From NCBI GenBank assembly GCA_003649205.1, contig QMRC01000005.1, positions 1-64,000 on the forward strand: 64,000 bases of DNA, in the 5' to 3' direction. A program made the translations under genes and the position numbers. The notes below the pieces were generated by a model. The model did not search any database, was not told where the DNA came from, and worked only from the letters and a program-made list of their open reading frames with translations. The stretch comes from Thermoprotei archaeon (lineage in GTDB: Archaea; Thermoproteota; Thermoprotei; Thermoproteales; B15-G16). This document shows, in pieces, positions 1 through 8,326 of this stretch (position 1 is the first letter of the stretch; every line of letters starts with the position of its first letter).

Positions 1-285
1 CAGTACGAGAGGAACGGGGCGCCGCGGCCTCTAGTGTACCGGTTGTCCGATCGGGCAGCGCCGGGCAGCCACGCCGTGCGGGGATAAGGGCTGAAAGCAT
101 CTAAGCCCGAAGCCCTCCCCGAAAAGAGGCGGCCGTTGGGGGTATCCCGACCCACGGGTAACCGTGGGCTCGGGACCCCCACGAGGGCTCCCGTAGAAGA
201 CGGGGTTGATGGGGCGGGGGTGTAAGCGCCGAGGGGCGTTACGCCCCGAGGCGTTCAGCCCGCCGCTCCCAATCGCCCGAGTGCA
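1..285 (+). rRNA. rrl: 23S rRNA, 3' end (partial; 3' boundary approximate)
   Basis: Starts in the sarcin-ricin loop AGTACGAGAGGAAC; contains conserved GCTGAAAGCATCTAAG and GTAGAAGAC...GTTGAT; very GC-rich. Confidence 0.97.
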
Positions 286-639
286 CTACGTACCCGCGGG
301 TTGGGTGAAATGGTGGTGGGGGACCTATACACGGCACGAGTAGAGGATCTCTATTCTTCACGTCTCCTCTTCCTGTGTGAAGTGAGTTGATAGCTTGTAG
401 ACTAGACGTTGTTAGTGTGGAAGTTATCGAGGTTACCTGCTGACAGTGATGTTTGGGGTTGTTTCGAGCTCCGAGGTATTTACTCGATTCTGTGGGACTT
501 CTGTTCTCTATACTTTGGCGACGTTACTCGGTATTACTCGTTGGTGGAGCTGGGTCGGGTTCTGGATACGGTGGTGAGTGTGGTTTACGGGGTGCTGTGT
601 AGGGTAGTGGTGAGGGGGACTTAGGTTTGTCCTCTCGTT

Positions 640-1491
640 TCACTGCTGTACTGTTACCTCGAATTCACAGTATGGTGAGCCCTGTACTGTGCATGCTCGT
701 TCGGTGCAGGTCCCTGTCTTCGCTCTTAGTAGTGCTGTGAAGAATCCTGCTAGTAGTCCTCTAACGAAGTGACATACTGGTGCTCTCTCCTCTCCTCTCT
801 CGAGTACTCTACACTCAAAGCATTCGTGCATTCTCAGTACTACTCTGTACCCGTTCGTGTCGTAGGATGCTCCAGCTACCTCTAGTACGCCTAACCCCAT
901 TGCTTGGAATCTCGCTCTCAGTACCTGTACCATTTCCTGTGGTGTTCTGTAGCTTGGGTACTCCTCTACGTACGCTCTCTGTAGTCTCTGTCCTATTGAG
1001 TATCCTTGGTAGTACAGGAGTGCGCTTGCTACTGATCCGTACCTCTTCCTGAATTCACTCAATCCCCTCAGCAGTAGCTCGTCGAGGATTACTGCTCTCC
1101 TACCTGATACCAGTACTGGGAACCTAGCTGTGTCGTAGACGAATCCAGGTAGTATCGGCTCTATCACCTCTACATCCAGTACCGTATCTAGCTCACGTAG
1201 TTCGCTCACGAGCTTCCTCACGTCTAGTGGTAGGTCTGTTAGGTCTAGTATGTAGAATACCGTTACTTCTGTGTCCTCTGGTCTGGATGATGCGTCGATG
1301 TGTAGTATGTTTACCCTGTACCTCCTCGATATTACCTCTAGCGTGGTGAGGAGTGCTCCTGGTCTGTTCACTATCTTGATGGTTAGTCCAAGTAGTTTCC
1401 TACCTGGTGAGTAGAGGAATCTAGATATGTCTACTGGTGTCCTCACACCTGCTCTCTCTACCCTTGCCGTACTTAAGTGTTGTAGCTTCAT
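640..1491 (-). CDS. ACT-domain + V4R-domain protein
   Basis: N-terminal ACT motif (IVNRPGALL); C-terminal V4R motifs ECFEC, CHFVRGLLAGFF, ERAC..GSPYCEF. Confidence 0.85.
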   Translation of the reverse strand: MKLQHLSTARVERAGVRTPVDISRFLYSPGRKLLGLTIKIVNRPGALLTTLEVISRRYRVNILHIDASSRPEDTEVTVFYILDLTDLPLDVRKLVSELRELDTVLDVEVIEPILPGFVYDTARFPVLVSGRRAVILDELLLRGLSEFRKRYGSVASALLYYQGYSIGQRLQRAYVEEYPSYRTPQEMVQVLRARFQAMGLGVLEVAGASYDTNGYRVVLRMHECFECRVLERGEERAPVCHFVRGLLAGFFTALLRAKTGTCTERACTVQGSPYCEFEVTVQQ

Positions 1492-1637
1492 TGGGTTTAG
1501 TTACCCTACTGCTTTGGTTGTCTGGTGTTCTCCTCCTCGTGTTCGTTGCCACGTCGTTATGTCCTGTGGTGACTTCTCTTGTTCGTTCTCTTAGGTTTAG
1601 GAGTTTTGACCTGGTCTTTTGGTACGTTACCTAGGTT

Positions 1638-1916
1638 CTACTCGGTGATGACCTCTGGTATCTCCTCGTCGATTAGTACTGCCTTTATTCCTAGGTTGTC
1701 GTCTATGTATGCTGTGAACCTTATTCTAGGTCTGTCACCTGCTAGGTACCTCAGTGCTGGTACTAGGTGTTTCAGTGCTCTCCTCAGTGGTGTTAGTGGG
1801 CATAGTGTGCACTTCTTTAGTTTGCAGTACTTGCTGAGATCCTCCTTGAGGTCTTGTGTGAGGTAGAGTGCTATTCGGTACTTTCTACACTTGAAGAGTG
1901 TGTAGTTTGTTGTCAA
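1638..1916 (-). CDS. Small hypothetical Cys-containing basic protein
   Basis: 92-aa ORF, GGTGA SD-like motif upstream, C-x4-C-x2-C. Confidence 0.5.
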   Translation of the reverse strand: MTTNYTLFKCRKYRIALYLTQDLKEDLSKYCKLKKCTLCPLTPLRRALKHLVPALRYLAGDRPRIRFTAYIDDNLGIKAVLIDEEIPEVITE

Positions 1917-1970
1917 GTTTGCTTCACCGAGTGGTGTGTTGGTTGGTTCCCTATAAGTGTGTTAGTTGTG

Positions 1971-2028
1971 AGCTATGATGAGACCCTGCCCAGTACGGAG
2001 TGGTGATGATGGTCTCATGGACTGAGCT
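1971..2028 (+). ncRNA. Box C/D sRNA
   Basis: C ATGATGA 1975-1981, D' CGGA 1996-1999, C' GTGATGA 2003-2009, D CTGA 2022-2025; AGCT terminal stem. Confidence 0.8.
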
Positions 2029-2036
2029 AGTTGATA

Positions 2037-2478
2037 CTACTCAGCTATGTCGGTTACCACGTACCCTAGCTCAAGTAGTTTCTCTGGTCTGACTTAATTC
2101 CGTAGTGTGGGTACCCTGAACTACATATCACGTACGGTAGGTTCAGGACTCTGGTGTTGCGGTATCCTCTACCAACTACCTATACTATGGTTGGTGGTGT
2201 GGGCCCGGTACGTTCTCGAGAGCTTAGTCTCTTCTACTGATACTCAGTGTGTTAGCTAGCTTCCTCGTCGATGACCTGTGGTCACTAGGTACTACGCAGA
2301 TTACGTAGGTACCTGTACCCACTACCTTCACTACGAGGTACTTAAGTACGTACTTGAGGTCGATACCTAGTACCCGTGCTGGCACCTCATTACTTTTACC
2401 TGAGTACTCAGGATGGTACACCACTTCTCCACTGAGGAGCTGTATTAACTCAGTGATACACGTGGGTACTTACGTCAT
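2037..2478 (-). pseudogene. YbaK/ProX aminoacyl-tRNA editing domain pseudogene
   Basis: ARVLGIDLKYVLKYLVV..CVVPSDHR..KLA, then fragments GPTPP, VLNLPYVICSSG, VRPEKLLEL..DIAE across stops and frameshifts; in-frame TAA right after ATG 2478. Confidence 0.7.
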
Positions 2479-2535
2479 ACGTAGTTACTTCTACGGAGTA
2501 AGGGTTATTCGTCCTGTACTCGTGTCTGTCTTGGG

Positions 2536-2589
2536 ATGATAGGTGAGGTGGGGTCTCTGATTGGTGAAGAGGTCTCCGCCTCTAGTTGA
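2536..2589 (+). ncRNA. Probable box C/D sRNA (degenerate C and D boxes)
   Basis: ATGATAG 2536, CTGA 2557, GTGAAGA 2564, TTGA 2586; internal CTGA-TTG-GTGAAGA identical to the sRNA at 57492. Confidence 0.55.
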
Positions 2590-2717
2590 CTAGTTACTGA
2601 GGATTAGTGTGGTCCCTAGTACCGCGTCCCTCCTTCATTGTGAGCCTCTTCGGCTCGCTTCTGGAGGGAGTCTGTCTGTGATTGATCTGGGTAGTTATTA
2701 AGTTGTGCTCTGTATCG

Positions 2718-2770
2718 GTGATGAACCCGCCGGCTACTGTCTGAGCTGTGACGAGATCCACTTCAGCTGA
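2718..2770 (+). ncRNA. Box C/D sRNA
   Basis: C GTGATGA 2718-2724, D' CTGA 2741, C' GTGACGA 2748, D CTGA 2767-2770. Confidence 0.85.
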
Positions 2771-2837
2771 TTTCTCGTTTTCGATGTGTTAACCTCTATG
2801 TGTGTTGGACTTGTGTTTCTTGGTTGGGTGTTGGGTT

Positions 2838-3665
2838 GTGTGTAGGTTGTTGATTGGTGTCTTCAGTAGTGGTGTTGTCTGTGGTGAGTTGTTACCTACT
2901 TTGCTTGGTGTTCTCTGTGAGGTTGCTAGGTGTGACCCGTTTCTCTCTGGTAGGTGCCATGGTGATGGTTGGGGTTTGGCTGTGGTTGTTGGTTCTGAGC
3001 TAGTTATCTATAGGTCGGGTAGAGCTATTTGGTGTGATTCAGTGTTTAGTGAGGTTGTTGAGTCTCTCCCTCGCTTTCTCAGGTATTGGAGTTCGCCGGT
3101 GTACTTGCTTGCTCATGTTAGGAGGAGGGGTTCTAGGCAGCCTGCTGGTTCTCTCTATGCTCACCCTTATGTCTATGGTTGTTGTCGTGGTGTTGTTGCT
3201 CTGATCCACAATGGCTCTGTTGATAAGGGTTGTCTAGTGCGTGATCTAGGTCTGGATCCTAGTGTTGAGAGTTATGTGACTGATAGTGAGGTTTTGGGTT
3301 TGCTCCTATGTAGGTGCCTTGAGTCTCGTTCTGACGTGGTGAGTGCCGTGAGGGATTTCGTTGCTGCTTCTCTGAAGTATGTTAAGACTGCTCTTAACCT
3401 CGGTATCGTGATTCATGGGGGTGGTACCAAGGTCTTCGCTGTACACTACGTTAATCGAGATACGTGTAGTCGTGAGGAGAGGGTTAGGTACTATAGGTTG
3501 TACAGTCTCAGGTATCGTGGTGGTTTGGTTGTTGTCTCGAGTAGCTTTCTGGAGAAGGAACCTAGGTTGAGGGATTCTGCTGAGGTTAGGGAGTTGGAGG
3601 AGGGTGTGTACATGTACTCTGTTGAGAGTGGGGAAGTTAGTGAGTTTTACTGGGGCATTGGGTGA
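2838..3665 (+). CDS. Class II glutamine amidotransferase (Ntn hydrolase)
   Basis: GTG at 2838 gives M-C-R-L (N-terminal Cys nucleophile); HGDGWG, LAHVR, HPY, HNG, DSE motifs. Confidence 0.85.
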   Translation: MCRLLIGVFSSGVVCGELLPTLLGVLCEVARCDPFLSGRCHGDGWGLAVVVGSELVIYRSGRAIWCDSVFSEVVESLPRFLRYWSSPVYLLAHVRRRGSRQPAGSLYAHPYVYGCCRGVVALIHNGSVDKGCLVRDLGLDPSVESYVTDSEVLGLLLCRCLESRSDVVSAVRDFVAASLKYVKTALNLGIVIHGGGTKVFAVHYVNRDTCSREERVRYYRLYSLRYRGGLVVVSSSFLEKEPRLRDSAEVRELEEGVYMYSVESGEVSEFYWGIG

Positions 3666-3707
3666 GCTGTTTTCTGAACTCCACATTGCTGTGTTTTTCT
3701 CGTAGTG

Positions 3708-4091
3708 CTACACTAACTCAGCTATGTCTTCGTGAGATTTTGCGAAAAATATACTGTTTCTCCTCAGTACTTGAGGTACATAGGAAGGCACCCTACCTCC
3801 ACCGCAGTGGATAAATACCTTCACTGTGCGCACGCTACTGTACTTCTTACGTAGTACTTGTTCAGTGTACTCTAGCTGGTTGACAACGTCATCTAGGTCA
3901 TCAGGGTTTAGAGTTCCTCCTTTGACCTCACACAGTATGAGTGTGGTCTTACCCTCTCTAGTATGTCTGAGCACGAGATCACATCCTCTACCCCACTCCT
4001 GATCGGGTTTGTGTAGTATCTGTGCATTTGAGCACTTCACCTTACAGCAATCCTTGTGAATGGAGATAAAGTGCTTACTTTGTTCGTGCAT
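3708..4091 (-). CDS. Small PD-(D/E)XK-like nuclease
   Basis: GCDLVL...LILCEVKGG...NQLEYT; overlaps the upstream ATPase gene. Confidence 0.6.
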   Translation of the reverse strand: MHEQSKHFISIHKDCCKVKCSNAQILHKPDQEWGRGCDLVLRHTREGKTTLILCEVKGGTLNPDDLDDVVNQLEYTEQVLRKKYSSVRTVKVFIHCGGGRVPSYVPQVLRRNSIFFAKSHEDIAELV

Positions 4092-5457
4092 ACGTTCTTA
4101 CCTTGACATGCCTATTGTAGATTTGTCTGAGAACTTCATCTAGTTCTGTTTCGGGAATTCCCTCATCTGTGATCTGCAGTGGTTCCACTATACCCCCTCT
4201 TTTCACGAGGTATATGGAGACATCATAGCTCTTAAGTCCTTCAAAGGGTAGGTACCCGAGTTTAGGCTTCTCATTCTGACTCAGCTTTGATAAAGCTATT
4301 AGATTGTCAACTTCATCCAGTACTACGTTACTATGTGTAGTAATCACTACCTTGCATTCACCGCACTTCACTAATGCAGCTAGTACCCTGATAATTAGTG
4401 ATTGTGCATCTGGATGTAAGTGTGTTTCAGGTTCCTCAATCATGACTATGTAGGGTACCTTCCTTATCCCCCGATACTTGAGTAGTAGTACTAAAGGAGC
4501 TATCTCACGTAATCCCGAAGGTGCTTTCTCTATAGGCATCTCCACTCCGGTTACTAGGTCAATTACTGTGAATTTCTCTCCTCTGCATGTGAATTCAACA
4601 CTGAATTCCCGTTCTAGTAGGTTAGCTAGTTCAAGTGAGTACTTGTCGGTAACAGGTGTTCTCTCGGTAGCTATTAGGTTCTTGAAGAATTCACGATCTA
4701 CAGCGTTGACATATATGTACTTCCAGGAGGTTACGAATAGTGCGTGTGCTAATGCTTCACGTAGTCTAAGTATACCTGCTCGTCCATCGGGGAGTAACAT
4801 AGTTGATACGTATGGACAGTAATCAAATACGTACATGAACGCTACTGGAATTAAACCGGAAAGCTCTGCTACTACATGATCTCTAGCTCCAATGTCGAAT
4901 GTTTCTGTTTCGAATAAGGTTTCCCCTGATTTAGTATCGACAACAGCTACTCTACCTCGTCCACCAGGGTAGTCTTCCCACCTGAAGTAGATTAAGTTTC
5001 TAAGTAGGTCCCTACCTTCATCGAATGTAGTGATGCTTAATTCCTCGTCTTGTATGGTCAATTTGAGTACTCTAGGTCCTTTATCTGATGCCACAATGAT
5101 ATCTGCTCTATCCTCACCTCGAGTTACTAGCTCAGTTAAGGATGTACCAAATGCGTCCTGAAGTAAATTCACTAAATTATCTCTAAGTAGATGAGGTAGT
5201 TCTTCGTAAATTGTGCAATAGAGTTCGTACAGTACTTGACTCTTCTCTTCGGGGCTAGATACTCGAACTAGCTTCTCGTAATGTTCGTGAAGTAGTGCTC
5301 GAAGATTATCCCACTTTAGTTCGACTGTGTAGAGAGTCCATATCAGGTATAGGAGCATTGACTTGCCTGCTGCATTAGGTCCAATGAATATCGTGAAGGG
5401 TGACATGTTTATTTCCGTGTGTTTGAAGGGTCCAAAGTTCTTTAGCGCTAACTTCAT
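4075..5457 (-). CDS. ABC-type AAA ATPase (AAA_15/AAA_21-like)
   Basis: LKNFGPF; Walker A GPNAAGKS; signature APSGLRE; Walker B IEEPETHLHP; H-loop TTHS. Confidence 0.9.
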   Translation of the reverse strand: MKLALKNFGPFKHTEINMSPFTIFIGPNAAGKSMLLYLIWTLYTVELKWDNLRALLHEHYEKLVRVSSPEEKSQVLYELYCTIYEELPHLLRDNLVNLLQDAFGTSLTELVTRGEDRADIIVASDKGPRVLKLTIQDEELSITTFDEGRDLLRNLIYFRWEDYPGGRGRVAVVDTKSGETLFETETFDIGARDHVVAELSGLIPVAFMYVFDYCPYVSTMLLPDGRAGILRLREALAHALFVTSWKYIYVNAVDREFFKNLIATERTPVTDKYSLELANLLEREFSVEFTCRGEKFTVIDLVTGVEMPIEKAPSGLREIAPLVLLLKYRGIRKVPYIVMIEEPETHLHPDAQSLIIRVLAALVKCGECKVVITTHSNVVLDEVDNLIALSKLSQNEKPKLGYLPFEGLKSYDVSIYLVKRGGIVEPLQITDEGIPETELDEVLRQIYNRHVKVRTYARTK

Positions 5458-5625
5458 TCTCCTCTACCACCTCATTACAGATGCGTTACTAGTTTATTTG
5501 CCTAGGTTACTGCTACACTACTACTTACTTCTTGCTAACCAATTAAGTTACTGCTTTAGCTAATCTCGATGACTTGGGGCTTGATTCAATGATTCAGTAG
5601 ATAAGGGGGCTCTCATTACTTTTCC

Positions 5626-5910
5626 TTGAGGTGGTATCTTGTGAATGAAGTTACTAGGTTTAGGGATTACTTGTTGTCTACTGTTGCTGAGATTGTTGGT
5701 GAGCCTTCTGTGAATAGGTTGGTTAGGTACTTGAGGAGGAGGTTGGGTGAGGAGAAGTCTAATCAGTTGGAGAAGTTGGTTAAGGTTGTGGTTAAGTTGC
5801 TTGATGATTGGAGTGGTAGGGAGTTGAGTGAGGAGGATATTGAGCTATGTAGGGGGGTTACTGAGGTCTTGGTTAGGTACCTTAAGGCACTTCAGAGATC
5901 TAGTACCTAG
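5626..5910 (+). CDS. Hypothetical helical protein
   Basis: 94-aa ORF with typical codon style. Confidence 0.55.
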   Translation: MRWYLVNEVTRFRDYLLSTVAEIVGEPSVNRLVRYLRRRLGEEKSNQLEKLVKVVVKLLDDWSGRELSEEDIELCRGVTEVLVRYLKALQRSST

Positions 5911-6308
5911 ATCTCCACTACTTCAACTCCTACCTCTCTAGCTGCTTTAGCCTGTTCTCTATCCCTTGTTAGTAGTGGTGACTTTCTCTGTCTTGCTAGA
6001 GCAATGTACAGTGCATCGTAGATCGTAGTGCCTGTACTTAGTGAGATTTCTAGAGCTTGCTTCAGTAATGGCTTCTGGTCAACAAGCTCTATCACATTCT
6101 CGAGCAATTTCTGCAGTGCTGTGAAGACTATATCTACATGCTCTCTACTTACCCTACCTCTCCTGTAGGCTATGTACACTGCATTCAGAACCTCTTTGAC
6201 TACTAGCTCAATGCTAGCTACTCCCCTCTCCATGTACTCACGCACGATGTCGTGACCTTCCTCACGAAGTAGGTAAGCTACTAGAGCAGATGCATCAATG
6301 ACTATCAC
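5907..6308 (-). CDS. vapC: VapC PIN-domain toxin
   Basis: IVIDASAL, KEVLNA, TIYDALYIALA, LLTRD. Confidence 0.92.
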   Translation of the reverse strand: MIVIDASALVAYLLREEGHDIVREYMERGVASIELVVKEVLNAVYIAYRRGRVSREHVDIVFTALQKLLENVIELVDQKPLLKQALEISLSTGTTIYDALYIALARQRKSPLLTRDREQAKAAREVGVEVVEI

Positions 6309-6525
6309 GATCTTCCCTCACGATGCTCGATATTGCTCCTCTTGGTTTAGTGGGTATGTTTTTGAGCAGTTCCTCTATCCTCTTTAATGCTTCTTTCCTC
6401 TCTACTTCGCGTACCTTCTCCTCAATGAACTTCCTAATTTCTTCAGACCAATTTACCTTGTCCTTAAGGGCTTCCATCTTCTTTTTCAAGTCTCTAGGTA
6501 TGCGAAAGCTAATGACAGTAGACAT
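6295..6525 (-). CDS. vapB: VapB ribbon-helix-helix antitoxin
   Basis: STVISFRIPRDLKKKM..VNWSEEIRKFI..VREDRD; overlaps vapC. Confidence 0.9.
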   Translation of the reverse strand: MSTVISFRIPRDLKKKMEALKDKVNWSEEIRKFIEEKVREVERKEALKRIEELLKNIPTKPRGAISSIVREDRDSH

Positions 6526-6603
6526 TGAGGTACACCATGAGTATACGTATATCGTCTACAAATTAACGTTTACGAATTAGTGCACATACTGGAACAGTAG
6601 TGC

Positions 6604-6999
6604 TTATTCTCTTCCTCCTCTAATTCTCGGTAATATAGCTACCATGTTCTTTCCACTAAATGGTGATTTCCTGAGTTTCCTAGCTCTGTCCTCTAGTTTA
6701 GGGAGTACGTCACTTGCTCTCATAACGGTCTTTACGATGATTACTCTCCTCTCATCTACTGTACATGCGAGTGCGTACCTACTAGCAATCACTAGGAAGC
6801 TACTTCTCTCCACTAGTACCTTTCCTGAACGTAGGGTATTGACTACGATGTTCTCAATCAATCTCTCTTCAGGACCATAGTACTTATCTACTTTCCTCTC
6901 TCGAAATCTAGAGATGGCGTGCTTACTTACGATTACGATCACGGTGTCTTTCCTAGCTACTTCACGTAACCTATCTCTTTGACTTTCACCTGTACTCAC
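6604..6999 (-). CDS. Hypothetical protein with DUF4258/RelE-like features
   Basis: IVSKHAISRFRER and IIVKTV motifs. Confidence 0.5.
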   Translation of the reverse strand: MSTGESQRDRLREVARKDTVIVIVSKHAISRFRERKVDKYYGPEERLIENIVVNTLRSGKVLVERSSFLVIASRYALACTVDERRVIIVKTVMRASDVLPKLEDRARKLRKSPFSGKNMVAILPRIRGGRE

Positions 7000-7065
7000 T
7001 AGTTGTGTAGCTCAGGTCTTCGAGATAAGAGTATGTGGTCTATCCACGACAGCAATTCTTATATA

Positions 7066-7081
7066 TAGGACATATGTCCTA
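7066..7081. promoter_or_regulatory. Perfect 16-bp palindrome, candidate repressor operator of the ABC operon
   Basis: TAGGACATATGTCCTA lies directly after a TTATATA box and before the start codon. Confidence 0.6.
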
Positions 7082-7084
7082 CCT

Positions 7085-8326
7085 ATGGTTGGTGATTGTA
7101 TGCGTGTTAAGGTGCTATCTATTGTGGTGCTTGTACTTGTCTTGCTGTGTATTGCCCCTTCTGTGGTGTATGGTGAGGAGGTGTTGAAGGTTAAGGATGC
7201 TTACGGGGAGGTTGTTGAGATTAAGGTTCCCGTCAAGTCTATCGTTACCTTGGCTCCCGGTATTGCTGAGGCTATTTGGTTTCTCGGTGCTGAGGATGAG
7301 CTAGTTGGTGTGACTAGGTTCTGTAATTGGCCTTCTGAACTTGTTGAGTTGATTAAGGTTGGTGAGGTGAAGGTTATTGGTGGTATTGTTGATCCGAATA
7401 TTGAGGAGATTATCGCGTTGAAGCCAGATCTAGTCATAGCTACTACCATGACTCCGAGAGATGTTGTTGCTAAGTTGAGGGAACTTGGTGTGAAGGTTCT
7501 TGTACTACCTCACCCGACTAGTATTGAGGATATTGTTGATCAGATTAGGTTGATCGCTAGGATAACTGGGAGGGTTGAGTATGGTAATAAGTTATGTGGT
7601 GTTCTCGAGAAGCTATGTGGTGTTCTCAGTAATGTGACTTCTGAGAGACCTAGGGTTAGGGTCTACTTTGAGCTTTGGTATGGACCTATATGGACTGTAG
7701 GTGGTGCTAACTACATGAATGATGTCATTGAGTTAGCTGGTGGTGTCAATATCTTCGGTGATACCAATACTGCCTATGTCTCTACTAGTGATGAGGAGGT
7801 GATCAAGAGGAATCCAGAGGTTATCGTATTGTGTAGGGGTATGGGGTATAGGTTTACTCCGAGGGATGTTGTTGAGAGACCTGGTTGGGGTAACATAGAT
7901 GCTGTGAAGGGTCTCAGAGTTTACGTGTTGGAAGGTCCTGCACTGGATGCTCTGTATAGGTATCCTTCACCTAGGGTTGTGTTGGCGGCGCTGTACTTAC
8001 TTGCGTACTTCCACCCTGAACTCACTTGTGATGTCTATGCTAGGTTGATTAGGGAGTTAGTAGGAGCTACGTTCAATGCCACTGTACTTGGTGAGAAGGT
8101 GACTTCGCTTAGACAGGAAGTTGAGAGGATTAAGGAGGTTTACAGTGGTAAGGTTAGTGAGTTGGAGAAGCAGCTAGGTGAGCTACGTACTAGGTTAGAG
8201 AAGGAGGTTAAGATACGTGAAGAACTTCAGAAAGAGGCTCAGTTCTGGCAGCTGCTAGCTATCGTGATGGTTGTAGTACTGGTTCTACTCGTGGTTGTTG
8301 CTTTAGCTAGAAGGCGTAGATCATGA
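7085..8326 (+). CDS. Cobalamin/iron-chelate ABC substrate-binding protein (BtuF-like) with coiled coil and C-terminal membrane anchor
   Basis: Signal peptide; IVTLAP, GVTRFCNWP, PNIEEIIALKPDLV, LAGGVNIF; TM + RRRRS tail. Confidence 0.88.
   Translation: MVGDCMRVKVLSIVVLVLVLLCIAPSVVYGEEVLKVKDAYGEVVEIKVPVKSIVTLAPGIAEAIWFLGAEDELVGVTRFCNWPSELVELIKVGEVKVIGGIVDPNIEEIIALKPDLVIATTMTPRDVVAKLRELGVKVLVLPHPTSIEDIVDQIRLIARITGRVEYGNKLCGVLEKLCGVLSNVTSERPRVRVYFELWYGPIWTVGGANYMNDVIELAGGVNIFGDTNTAYVSTSDEEVIKRNPEVIVLCRGMGYRFTPRDVVERPGWGNIDAVKGLRVYVLEGPALDALYRYPSPRVVLAALYLLAYFHPELTCDVYARLIRELVGATFNATVLGEKVTSLRQEVERIKEVYSGKVSELEKQLGELRTRLEKEVKIREELQKEAQFWQLLAIVMVVVLVLLVVVALARRRRS

Noticed and set aside
409-624. 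71-aa ORF after the 23S rRNA, and the many short ORFs antisense to or nested in clear genes
   Set aside because: No motifs; explained by G/T-rich trailer sequence or shadow frames of well-supported CDSs
5568-5620. Possible C/D sRNA (minus strand GTAATGA...CTGA)
   Set aside because: No acceptable C' or terminal D box
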